Source: Marsupella aquatica
Taxonomy: Eukaryota > Plantae > Marchantiophyta
Assembly: GCA_973895155.1 (NCBI GenBank)
Contig: OZ316897.1
Location: 6,872,470-6,936,469 of the forward strand
DNA: 64,000 nucleotides
Direction: 5' to 3'
The notes under the pieces were generated by a model. It saw nothing but the letters and a program-made list of their open reading frames with translations, did no database searches and had not been told where the DNA came from. This document shows, in pieces, positions 23,501 to 35,800 of the stretch. A program made the position numbers and the translations under genes. Each line of letters begins with the position of its first letter. Position 1 is the stretch's first letter.

Positions 23501-25598
23501 TAGCTCCCCACTTAATTGTGAAGCGTCCTCGCGAACAACTTCATCTTCGTCCATATAGTATTTCTTGAGGCGGTCGTAATGGATGCAAACTGGGTACACC
23601 TCTCCCGTAATGTTGGCCAATTGCACGAGGCCATTGGAGAACTTCATGGTTACTCTAAAGGGTCCTAACCAGCGAGTGTAAAGTTTACCTGGAAACCTAT
23701 TATACCTACTGTCATAAAGTAATACAAGATCTCCTGTGTGAATACTAACTAGTTTCAACTTCTTATCATATTGTTGCTTCATGGTATTCTATCTATATTC
23801 TACTCTCTCAGCTGAAATCATTCTTGCCTCTTCTAAAGCTTCTAACCTATACTCTCGCTCCTTTAGGCTTTCCTCCTCTGAAGATCTCTCCTCAATTGTA
23901 ACTTGAAATGTAGGAATCTCAAGTTGCATCGGTACCAGGGCTTCCTGCCCAAAGGTTAAGAAAAAAGGTGTATGACCGGTAGTGGATTTATAGGCTAAAT
24001 TGTAAGCAAAAACAGCAGCAAACAATTTATCATCCCAATCGAGTTTGTTTTGAGCTACGGTTTTGTTCAATATCTTTCCTATAATTCCATTGGCTCGTTC
24101 TGTCAACCCATTTGCCTTTGGGTGGTAGGGAGTAGTAGGCCTATGTCTAACTAAATACTGCTCATTTAAACGACTAATTATATCATTCAAAAAATGGGTT
24201 CCTCTATCACTAACTAATTCTAGGGGTGCGCCATACTTGGTGAAGATTTGCTCATACATGAATCGAGCCGTAGTAATTGCATCATTCTTGGTTATCGGCC
24301 TGGCCTCTACCCACTTAGTTGCATAATCCGTGGCCAAGATTATGTACTTGTTTCTTCGAGGATGAGTCAATGGTTTCAGGGGTCCGATGTAATCAATACC
24401 CCACTTCTCAAATGGTGCCAGAGGTAGAATAGGGTGCAGTGGATGTCTTGTGGACGCCCTTGGTCCTCCGCTCGTTGACAAGGATCGCATTGTTGGATAA
24501 ACTTATAGACATCCTTGTGCAAGGTGGGCCACCAGTAACCGGCATTTAATATCTTTTTAGAAGTGGTTATTGGAGCGAAATGCCCCCCGGCCTCCTCTCC
24601 ATGCCTAGCTCGTAAGTCTCGTTTTACTTCTCCCTCCTCCAAACACCTTTGAATTGTGCCACTGATTCCATGCCTGTGTAGTACGCCCTTAATGCACTGA
24701 TACTGTCTGACCTTCCGCCGAAAGACTGCGGCTTGCTCTCGGCTTAGCCCTGGCTGTAATCTGGAAGTGCTGAGAAATTGTAAAATCTCAGGGTACCATG
24801 TATCAGCTCTTTCCACAACGAATAGCTCCTCGTCGGGAAATCGATCGTCGATGCAATCCGTGGCAGGTTCACCTATGATCCTTGAAAAGAAGTCGGCACT
24901 GGCATGTTGCTTTCTCGGCTTGATTTTTAGCTCGTAGTCAAATTCCTATAATAGCAAAATCCATCTTGCTACCCTACCTGTAAGGTCCGGCTTATTTACT
25001 AGGTACTTCAAACTTTCATGATCGGTATGAAAGATTACCTTGTACCCTAGTAGATAATGCCTAAACATTTTACATGAATAAATGACTCCTAATGCTTCTC
25101 TTTCTGTGGTGGAGTAGTTTCGTTTGGCATCGGCAAGCTGGCGGCTTGCAAAGTATATGGGATGGTCCCTTCCTTTCTCATCCAACTGACTTAGTACTGA
25201 GCCGATACAGAAGCCTGAGACATCTACAAAGACATGAAAATCCTTGTTCCAGTTTGGTGCTATCATGACTGGGGCCTCTACTAACATCTGCTTCAATTCC
25301 ACTACTGCTGTTACTCATTCTGGTGTGGGTTCGAAGTCTGCACCTGCCTTGAGCATGTTGGTTAATGGTAAGGCTAGCTTGGCAAAATCCTTGATGAACC
25401 AGCGATAATAACCAATGCACCCCAAGAAGGATCTCACATCTTTTATGTTCTTAGGTTGCATGATATCTAGCCACACTGCTAGCTTACCTTTGTCAATCTC
25501 AATGCCCTTCTTTGATACCTTGTGACCTAGTAGCACACCTTCTGTTACTCCAAAGAAACATTTATCGGGGTGTAACTTGAGACCTACCTCTCTGCATC
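23489..25598 (-). pseudogene. pol: pol of A': RT C-terminus, RNase H and integrase (disrupted)
   Basis: LLGHKVS...FLGCIGYY; FVDVSGFCIG...NYSTTEREAL; GGHF...YWWPTL...CDPCQ; WGIDYIGP...SDRGTHF...PKANGLTER; GPF motif. Confidence 0.93.
23501..23513 (-). promoter_or_regulatory. Polypurine tract of A'
   Basis: AAGTGGGGAGCTA lies immediately before the 3' LTR TG and overlaps the last integrase codons. Confidence 0.75.
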
Positions 25599-28255
25599 TG
25601 TCACGCGATTGACATGGCTCTTAACACCAAAAATGTCACTATGGGTGCCAAAACCATCTCCTTGTACCTGAGGATCACGAAGGGATGTTGTGAAGGCCGG
25701 TAAACACCAATTTATGCCCTTAACACCAGACTATCATAGCAAGACTCTATCACACATCACCCAAGCTCAATCCCAAGGAACCAAGGTTGGGGATCAGATC
25801 TGCGCTCATGATAGTTCTGGTGAGAAGGGGTCTTCATATCGGGCCCATACACACAGGGCCTAGCGCTACGGTGCGCATAGGTCTATACGTATGCTTACTG
25901 TCATAGGTATGTTTCTATTCCGCATCCGGAATGTACCCATAAACCAGTGACTCCTGACTGATTCCCGGCTTAGGGACTTCTAAGCCATTGCCCCACCACT
26001 CTGCCATTCCACTCTTAGCTATCAGAGCTATGACAATCCTCACCTAGCCCGCTTCAATGCACCCTGTACACCTCTCGATGGCGCTGCTAGTCCCATCATA
26101 CACTCAGATTGCCTCACACGCACACACATCCATGAGAGAAATGAGGCCTGAGAGGAAAACTCAATTAGATTCAAAGATGTGCACAATAGTTCACTGAGAA
26201 CACTTGATCCGAACACTAGGGCCGAAGGCTGTCTCCTCCAGATTGTGACGTGCTTGTCCTGCAAGCCCCGTGCTTGCCATGCAAGCTCAATCCTGAACCT
26301 GAGCCCGGCTCACTCCAGATTGCAACGGCAGATTGGACTCGAACCAATCCCGTACTTGCCTTGCAAACTCAATCCTGAACTCAACCTCCTTCACTGCACT
26401 TCATTCTTGGGGGCACATACAGATCTCACACCTCCAATTCAGAACGTCAAGTTACGCATGCATAGTTGACTTGACTTCAAAGCTGGTACCAGGCCTAACG
26501 GCGATCTACCCCAGACTGCAATGAGGCCCGGCCTCACGCTTGCCCTGCAAGCTCAGCTCTGGCCATAGATCCCTTAGTGCTCTCCACCAGACAAAGGCCG
26601 GGACTCCCCATGGATCACGTAGCCTTGCCAGACTGAACTGTAAATGCTCCTCCTGCTGCCCCTTAATCAGTACCTCAGCCTCCCTAATGTGCCCACCGCA
26701 AATCAAATTGAAATCCTCCCCACAGTTTACAATCACCAATACATCACCTATCACCAAGGCTCTGTATCGGGGGAAAAGACCCAGTTGTGCTGCCCACTAG
26801 AAAGAGCCACAATCCAGCTCGCAAACCTAGCAACCCGTTGCTGTGAAGCTTGGCTGATTACTCCCTGAGTAATAGCACAACCAAGCTCTCCCCAACACGC
26901 AGCGTCCAAGTCCAGCCTTGCTTGCACAGAGCTCCTCCCTGCTGCTCAGTCTAAGTGAGATCACACAACTGAAGTCCCCCCCCTGCCTCTACCGGGGGGC
27001 TGCTCTATATACTCTCATACTGAGCCCAAATGGGTGGATACTACGCTGCTGGAGCCCCATCCCAGCCCTAACAGAGCCGCCACTATCTCTAACTACTGAA
27101 CCCTAACTCGCAACTTTATTTCTATCTCGAATTGGCTATGTACTTCGGATTTGGCCCTCCTCCATGGTTTTCGCGAGCTTGCGCCTCCTCTCCTGATTTC
27201 TCTATTCAACCATTTGCTGCGTGGATAGCAGCGTTGGAAGCGGCTTGAGCTCCTCTTTCCAACGAGGTCAATTATAGCCGATTTGGTCAAATACACAGAG
27301 AGTTATGCCCCCGCAACCGAGAGGGGATACTCACTGCTGTGCTAACCCGAGTTACATAGCTAACCCGAGTTCGGCTAACCTAGCTATCCTATCTAACCCG
27401 AGTAGAGCTAACCCGTGGTCTCGGGTTAGGCCGCTACCCGCTATCCACTAACCGCTAACCTAAGCTGAGCCCAAACCCGAGCTTACCTATGCTAACCTGA
27501 GCCCGAGTTTAGGCTAACCCAAGTTAAGTCTAACCCGGGATCAATCTAATCCGAACCCGGATTAAGCCTAAGCTGAAGCTGTGCTTACTTGAGCTAAGCT
27601 GAAGCCGTGCTTACCTAAGCTAAGCTGAAGCCGTGCTTACCTAACCTAAGCCGTGGCCGAGCTTGGGTTAACCCGAAATTGAAGCCAAATCCGCTAATTC
27701 CGGCCACAAGTTAACCCGTCACACTAATCAGGCCGTATCTTCCTTAATACACCTCCGTTTCCCGAGTGTTTTATATCGATTTTACTCGCCTTGACCAGAT
27801 CTTTCCAATGCTCTTTATAGATCCGGATTTGGTGACATATTGAAAGAGATATGGTTGCCGACCACCCGCGACATAGCCTTTTATTTCCCTAACATTCTAA
27901 GACTAGACTATGAACCACTAACCTAACTAACAAAATGAAGCTACACACCCAAGACATTCAAATTTTATCATGAGAACAATCACCATACCACACAGCTTCA
28001 TATTCAGTTATGGAGACTCGCTTCCTCCTCTCTTCCCCAACTTCTCCTTTGTGGCCTTGACAGTGACTACCTCAACTGTGTCTGCCTTGGTTGTGCAGTC
28101 TTCAAGCTGAAATACCTTCATCCCTACTCTTAACGCCATGATTGCCCTTATTCTTGCCAGCTTGCTAATTGTTATGCAGTATCAATAGCTACTCCTTGCA
28201 TACAGCAACCTAGTTACTCAGATTATAGAATAAGGACCATGTCATCAGTGTCACA
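25599..28255. mobile_element. Solo LTR, family D (2657 bp), inserted in the A' RT
   Basis: TGTCAC...GTCACA termini; 5-bp TSD GCATC at 25594-25598 and 28256-28260; the RT frame resumes across it. Confidence 0.85.
27340..27720. repeat. Degenerate short tandem array (CTAACCCGAG and GCTGAAGCCGTGCTTACC units) inside solo LTR D
   Basis: Many TAACCC/TAACCT-containing units, followed by three ~22-bp units. Confidence 0.75.
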
Positions 28256-28457
28256 GCATCTCATGAAGGTTTTTCTGAGGTATTTAGCATGTTTCGATGC
28301 CTTCCCAAACACTGCAAAGTCATCAATGAAGATTTCCATGAATTTTCTCAAGTAGTCATGAAAAATGTTCACCATTAATCGTTGGAACATAGCTGGTGCG
28401 TTACAGAGTCCAAACGGCATACGATTGAAGACGTAAATCCCCCATTCCGTGATGAAG
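28256..28457 (-). pseudogene. pol: RT fragment of A'
   Basis: FITEWG...MPFGLCNAPAMFQR...FIDD (the YxDD-equivalent). Confidence 0.92.
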
Positions 28458-29240
28458 GGTAATTGTAACGTGCGAGCAAACAGTAGAATTTTTGCTCGCA
28501 CGGGCAAGATTTCACCTTGTGTTGGGGCCCAAAAAAGGTCTGGAATATTCCTCGCTAGCATGGAGACCCTATTCGATCAGTAAATATTGACGGCTACCCA
28601 TGGACGATTCTAGTCCCGTGAACACACTAGATCCATTTCCGACCAATCAAAATGACATTTCTTCAGGCCAGCGAACCCTTTCTTCAGGCCAGCAAAATTG
28701 CTAGTCTAATGACGCCAACACATTGAGCCACTCAAACGAGGTACGGTCTCCACGTACAGGCTTCCACATGTGAAAATTCCCACCCAAAGAAGAGTAATAA
28801 TAAAAAAGTACTGTGCAATTCCCGCGTGAAAAGAATCAACGTCTCATTACTGTCGAGGAAAGGAGGATTAAGGCCGTTTGGACACTAATTAAATCACTTG
28901 CAAGTGAACTGAACACTTACCGTTCTAACCAGAGGCGAATCCAAGGCGGCAAACCGTCCACTTAAACAAAGCCGCTCACCCAAAAACCACCAGTCTTTCG
29001 AATCATTCTTCCGATCACTTCCACCGCGTCCGACTCGAGCTCTTTCATTCGGAACTGCTATCAGTGTTCCAAGTAGTCGAGATCCAGATCAGGTTAGCGC
29101 GGGTCTTTGGTTCTGAGATGTTTTCAGTGAATCACTCTCCGACAAGGCATGACATTCATCGTATTTCATCGTGAATAGTGTTTCCATTTGTTGAATGCCG
29201 TTCTTCTAAATCACTGTTTGGGTTTTGTAAGTGCAGAGAA

Positions 29241-29667
29241 ATGTCAGGGGTTCCAAGCAATCCTCCTCAGGGGAAATGGCAACTTGAGATCCGTCGTTAC
29301 AACCCGGCGACGGATGGCCCGCTAGAAGATGACTCTCCTCCAAAGCAGAAACCCGATGCAGAGACTGTGAAGGTCTCCGCAAACAGCAGTCCCAACTGCA
29401 CTCGGTCAATCTGTTGGATCGTCATCATCATTGAGGAGAACACCGACTCCTCCAAAGTTAATCCAAGTAGCGAAGTCTCCACCGAAGCCAAAGGTGGATA
29501 CCACACAGCGCGAGGTTGTATTGAAGAGGAAGAGGCTCGTAGAAGAGGAGCAGTATTGGATTGAGAGGGAGATCTATGACTACTGGACCGAGGAACGCCT
29601 CGCCTCTTCGGATTACGATTCTGAGTCAAACACTGACTCCAATGCATGGAAGGCGGCCAGCCCCTGA
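29241..29667 (+). pseudogene. Small hypothetical gene in MULE-2 (frameshift near 29410)
   Basis: Overlapping ORFs 29178-29564 and 29431-29667 join into a S/P-rich protein of about 140 aa with a KRKR motif and acidic tail. Confidence 0.35.
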
Positions 29668-29852
29668 GGGGAGAGTCAGGTTGTGGGTTTACTAAATGTT
29701 TCGTAGTTACAAGCGAATGACATGTCCTCATGTACTTTCAATATGTATGAGAAGTAAAGTTTGGGTGTTACTGTCCTTTCTATGCGTTGCTTTGGAATGT
29801 CATTTTGTACATAGTACGTTTATTTGGGAGACACAGTTGGACCCTTCCCAGA

Positions 29853-32800
29853 CTAGCAATATCGCTAGTATAGAACTGCCTCTACATTTCAGATCAATCT
29901 TCGATGTGTTCATCTTAGATAATCAATTCGACAGAGTATTACCACAATAACTTCAGGGAACACTTCCCTCCCAAGAATACATCCTGTCAGTCTACTGTAA
30001 ACTTTATTGCATCCTAAATTCCGTTGATCAGACTAGCGATCTCGCTAGCAAAAAACTGGCGTCATTTTAATGATCAAACCTTGAACTCTATACATACTTG
30101 TTGATAGGTTAACACGGCTGGAAGTCGGATGTTTCTGTCTGGATGTATCAGACTTCCTAAGACTAGAGAGATCGCTAGCCATATACAACGAACTCAAAAA
30201 CCATAAAAGTTACCATTATGGACCTTGCTAACATTATGATTCACTCGGTGAAAACAGATTGATATTTGTGAAACCACAAACTCGAGTAATCCATCCCACC
30301 ACCCTATAATTAGCATCACCAATAAACGACTAGTCCCCTATCTGTAACGGAATTAAACTCCTCACTTCCCCAACAGTCAGAATCGGCTGTTTTACAAGGT
30401 CGTCCTTCTCCAGGATGAGTGAAAACTTGTTTAAATACACCCACATAAGATGTTTACAAGACATGTATGGTTTCCCTCGTGTATGCCTCTTATAAAAGTC
30501 TTCACAAGAACACGAAGGGAAACAACAGATTTGCACCCAATATGTGTGCGGAACTTGTGAATCAGTCTCGTGAGTGGTGATCAAGTATCTCCAACCCCAT
30601 CCATTTCCGGTAGTTACCTTCTCATTTCCGACAACTCTCATGTATTCTTGTGTAGCGGAAACGATGCGCTTGAGCAACTCTGGAGTATTGCTGAAATGCT
30701 ATCGTGCACCCTTACCATTTCGGGTTTTCAACCGACGGTCCATATTAGTTAGATCGATTCATTCAGGGAATGAGTTAACATCAATTCGTAGGTTGACCCG
30801 ATTGAGGGATGGGAACTCTCCAACTTGATTTGCATCCACATAGGAGAGTCCACTGATCTGGAATCCTAATCCCAACAGAAACTCTATCTCGGGATGGGAG
30901 AGGCAAGTCCCACACTGAACCTTGAGCGACTCGGGTGGGGGGGGTAGTTGAGCTAGAGTTCTGCGTCCTCGGCTCTTGTGACACTTATTGTTAGGACAGA
31001 AGTACAACAATTGGCGATGTGGAGACGATAATCGCAACCCGTGAATGGCGACTCCAACAATTCCCCCTTGCACGGACTTACATCCAGTCTCCTTGATGAG
31101 ATTTCTACATTCATCTCTTCCAAAAACGCTTCGGTCAACCGACCCGTTACAAACAGGTCTAGCACCTCTACCGCTCTGCCTGAGATGCCACGTCCCATAA
31201 GGAACATCAACCTCTCGGATGGAAGGGATCCTTTGGGGGGCATCCCGATGGTCATCCCTGACATCACACGAAGGTTGAGTCCCCATCTTCTCGGTATCAT
31301 TGATATTACGACTTGCATCATCACCATCGTCATCTGAAATATGGATAACTCCAGCAGAACAACCTCCGACAGGGGTTGCCGAAGTTGTATTATTTGCTAT
31401 TTCTGGGTCCGCAGAAGTCTCTGAAACATTGACGAAGCAAAATTCAGGATAGAGATTACGCCTTTTTAGTCCTGAAGGAGAAGCTGTTGTGCGTGACACC
31501 TTGTCATGTCTGTGGGAGTCATTCTCGTGGATTACAGCTGAAGCTTTCCCTTTCCTCTTCGTGGATGTTGTTCGGAGATCGCCATGTAATGGAACTATTC
31601 TATAGAATTCATACTTAGCTGAAGACTCAAGCAAAAGATTTGCTGCCTTTTCATAAGCATCCATGGATCCCATAGCATCGGCGTTCCTATATGCTAATTC
31701 AAAAATGGTCGGCCCCTGGCCTCTATGAACACCTTCACTGTAGGCAGTAAAAGCAGCAATTTGCCCCGCAGCACGATTTTGGTCCACCTCACATGCTTCA
31801 ATCAATCCCACTAATTTCTTCATTTGGCAGGATCTCATGGATGCATGGACTGATTCCACTCCAGTACAATTTGGCATCAAGGCTGACTCCATTGCAGTTT
31901 GCGTCTGCGAAAAAGTAGTCCACAGTCAGACCTGATATGCTAGTGAGGTCGCTAGCAAAAACAATGACGTCAAATAGAAATGAAATTGGACACTTACAAC
32001 GCGGATGAAGTTCCCCCACTGCCTCCACCTCACGACCCACCAAGATAACCATCCTTGGAGAGATTTCAATTTCCCAGCATAGCAGTTTCCTTCCTTCCAC
32101 CAACGATGGATTTCGTCAGCAACACGGTAGGCCTGAACATATGTTGGTGCTGTTCTCAGCCTTTCCCACAGTTTATAGTGCTCTCGATGGCGATCTTCCC
32201 GAATACCCTCCAATGTGTGATGACAAAGAGATTGAGCAAAGTGAAAGGCGTCACTGTGCTCCTTCTGTGGGTGACAGACACCTCCAAAAAAAACATTCCG
32301 AATGGCAATCCATCCAGCCTCGGCATTATCGGCAATAAATCCTCCAATGAGTGGGTCATGCACATCATGATCAGAGGCAACTTCAATCATATATCTCCAT
32401 GCGGTTTCAAGAGATAAGGAGTCCTCCGCACGGAGCTCACAAGTGAAGATGGTACAAAGGGACCTGTAATTATGGTTGTACACATGGGCGCTGAAAGTCA
32501 GCCACCCAGTGCTTATTCTCCGCATTACATCAGAACTGACCCATGCTCCTTCCAGCTCACCTCCACTCTTCATCTGCCTGAGAATATCGACACCAGAACC
32601 TGGGCCATTTGTACTCATTTTGAAGACATGAGCCCTATCGGTCTTGCTCCCCTGGCCAGGGAAAAGGTACCTCTGAACGTAAGGAAAATTATTCTGTGCT
32701 TGCATCTCACGAAGAGAATCCAACTCACCTTTTTTTGGGTTATCCATTTTCACGCTCCGGAATATGGCCTGGAATTTCTCAACAGTGGACACAACCTTCA

Positions 32801-35800
32801 TCGATTCCCATCTCTCTCTCTCTCTTCTTCTTTTGATAGTTCTGAAGAAGACTCTGGATGCAAAAGAGAAACCAGGTTTCCTATAGACTTGTTAAGAACA
32901 CGCCCTGACGTACACACGGGATTCGCTTTATGAACACCAGAAACTATCTCCTCCGCCTGCTTTTTTGCCAATCGAGATTTCCCTTTCCAAACAACGTGGT
33001 CATGGAAACCCATGTGAATAGCCAATCGAGACATATGTTTCGCAACATTTGACTCAAGAGACGGCTTAGGATAGACGTACAAAAGTTTAGTTGGACATTC
33101 ACGGATGCAGAGAGGCCTCTCCTCACAGAATCCGCACACCAACCCTCCTTCCTCCACAAGCTCACCAAGATGAAATGGCTCAGTAAATTGTCCCTTTCCT
33201 CGGAAGGAAAAGTCATTTTTTGAACCGGTGTGCTTCAACTTTCTATAGACCAGATTTTGACATTCAAGTACACCGGCACATCTGACTTTTGACACAGACC
33301 AGTGATTGCAAGGTTTGAGATTAGCTGAAGTTGTGAGAAGTCTTGTCCATGGGTAGCCGTCATTATCCCTATCCATGTCCTGAAGACCATATCCTCGACG
33401 AAATTGACCTTCGACCGGAGGAAGCTCAAAAACGCAGTTTCCGTTGTATGAAGTGGGCAAAGTCTGCACTTGAATCTCCTTCCAATCGTTTCCCCTCCGG
33501 AAATTTGCCAACTCGCTTGACCCAGTAATATTGAGGAAGGCATCATATGCACTAACTCGATAAAGAACTGGCTCAGATTGAAACTTGTATTGACTCACTG
33601 CTTCAAAAACGGCTTTCTCAGAAGACTTTGTCGACACAGAAGAGAGATCCCGACCCACACTCTTAGGGGAGATGTCGATAATATCTGGTACTGTCGGTGA
33701 TGGGCGAGTCGGGGATTCTGGATCGGAAACATTGATATGTGCAATGTCATCCTTACATGAGACTAGCTCCACAACTGAACCACACTTCAGGTCCCAAGCT
33801 CTCTCTGGCAATATTCCTGAACCATTATCCGACACCTCGTGACTTTTGGATCCATTCCGAGAGTAAAGGACGAACAACTTCCAGATGAAATCATCTTTCA
33901 AAAGCCCAAACCTCGACAAGAGAAAAGACTCCTTGACAGAGATAATAGTATTCTCCGGAACATCCAAAACAACAACATCACCCGTAGTCTTTCTCTCGAT
34001 CACAACCTTCGATCCCAATGAAGACATGCTGACAGTTTTGGACATTACAGTCTACAACAATCCTCAAATGTGAGATACAAAGCTCTCTTCTTTCTCCAAA
34101 TACATATGAGGAAACGTGCTTGTGTAGGTGTTGGACTCAACGTATTTATTTAATAAATGCCTCTTATTCCCGTTATCTGACCGTTATTTTGTCTTATATG
34201 ACACTATTTACGGAATGATAAAGCTAGCGAGATCGCTAGCTCAATGAACCAAGTAAAATGGTTCAAAACCTTACAAAACACCCTTCACTAGTTCATAGAT
34301 TTAGTGATCAATTTTTGGCTAGCGATGTCACTAGCAAAAGTAGTTTCTCATAAGAGACCATTATGACCGTTTATATCCGTTGGAATTTGTCAACGGGTAC
34401 CTATATGTCAACGGTACGGTACAATACCGGACACCTGTCTCTTTGTCATTAGATACTTTTCTTTCAGTCGTGAGTTCGGTGGTTCATATTTCCGGAAGTA
34501 CATGTATACCTGACGGTGTCTGAAAAATGATTGCGAGGAGAGTCGTACAAAATATCTGTATCTCTTTTCATGACCGGGTGCTGCATTCAGGTGAAAGCAA
34601 CAGACGAGGGTATGATTCTATCTTTGACTGGAAGGTCGATTCTCGGGTTTCTTTATGTTCGCAAAGCATGTCGCCCTCGACCTTGACCTGTTCATACCCT
34701 TATCACTTCACGGACCCGCTAATGGAGTCATTGTCTTCACCCGAGAGCTTGTCATCAATAGGATCGTTCAAGTCAGTCGAGTCAAGCCGAAGGGAGACAA
34801 GGTCTACAGTGAACAAGAAGGCACTCCAGGCGGGATTGAAAACACCGAGGAGGCCCAAGATGGTGAACCAAGTAGATGTTGTGAATCCTACGTTTCAACC
34901 TAGAGCTTCAGAACCCTATTCTGTTGTCATCAATCGCCATCTTTTCCCTTTTGGAAATGACGAATTTGGATTCCCCCTCGCTCCTCCAAGGATTCCCCTT
35001 TGCAGAATGTGAAACATGCAGATCGTTCGGTCCTTGCAAACAAACTTGACTGCGATCGAGACACTCAAGAATGAATTCCGGACGCAGGGATACATCGAAG
35101 ATGCGCCTCGATTTTACGTCCAAATGACTGGCGAAGATGGCCTTGTCCAGATGTGCGAGGATGTGATTCGGGAGTCGTGGGATGACATGTGGATTCTTCA
35201 GAATGAAGAATTCAAGAGGGAATGTGATTCTCACAAAGCTTTCAAAATTTTGAAAGACAAAATGTTCTGTGTTTTTGATGGAAATCATCGTCTGTACTCA
35301 TGGATGCAGCTTGCGGACGAGAATCCCCATGATGTCAAATATCATCCTCGAGTTGTTTGTCGAATTTTCAAAGGTGACAAGAACTCATTCGTTCAGATTG
35401 AGTCAGCGATGCATGCGCTAAATAGGTTTGTTTCTTTTCCTTCAAGCTCTGAATTGTATATAAAATTCTTTCAGTTCCTCTTGTTAGCGATCTCGCTGAC
35501 CTGTTTCTTTTGTTTAGGTTGACTCAATGTCCCGTTGAGAATTCTTGGGTCCTTGAAGCAGAGAGAGTCCAGAAGGTGCTCAGTAATGACCTTTTTGTAT
35601 ACAAAGATATCATCGATGCAGACAACTACAAACTTTTCCAGCAGAAGATGGCAAATATCAGGAAACCGGCTTGGTATTCGAAGAACATGACACTCGATGC
35701 CTGCACGTACATTCTGTCTGCTGCTAATATTGCAGCGCAGATGAAAGATTTGAAGAAGAAGTTCCAGTTGAAAGAAGCGCAAGGAGAACCTCTTTCAAAA

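Noticed and set aside
27340-27720. Interstitial telomere
   Set aside because: The TAACCC units are interspersed with other sequence and lie within a TSD-bounded solo LTR; this is not a (TTTAGGG)n or (TTAGGG)n tract.
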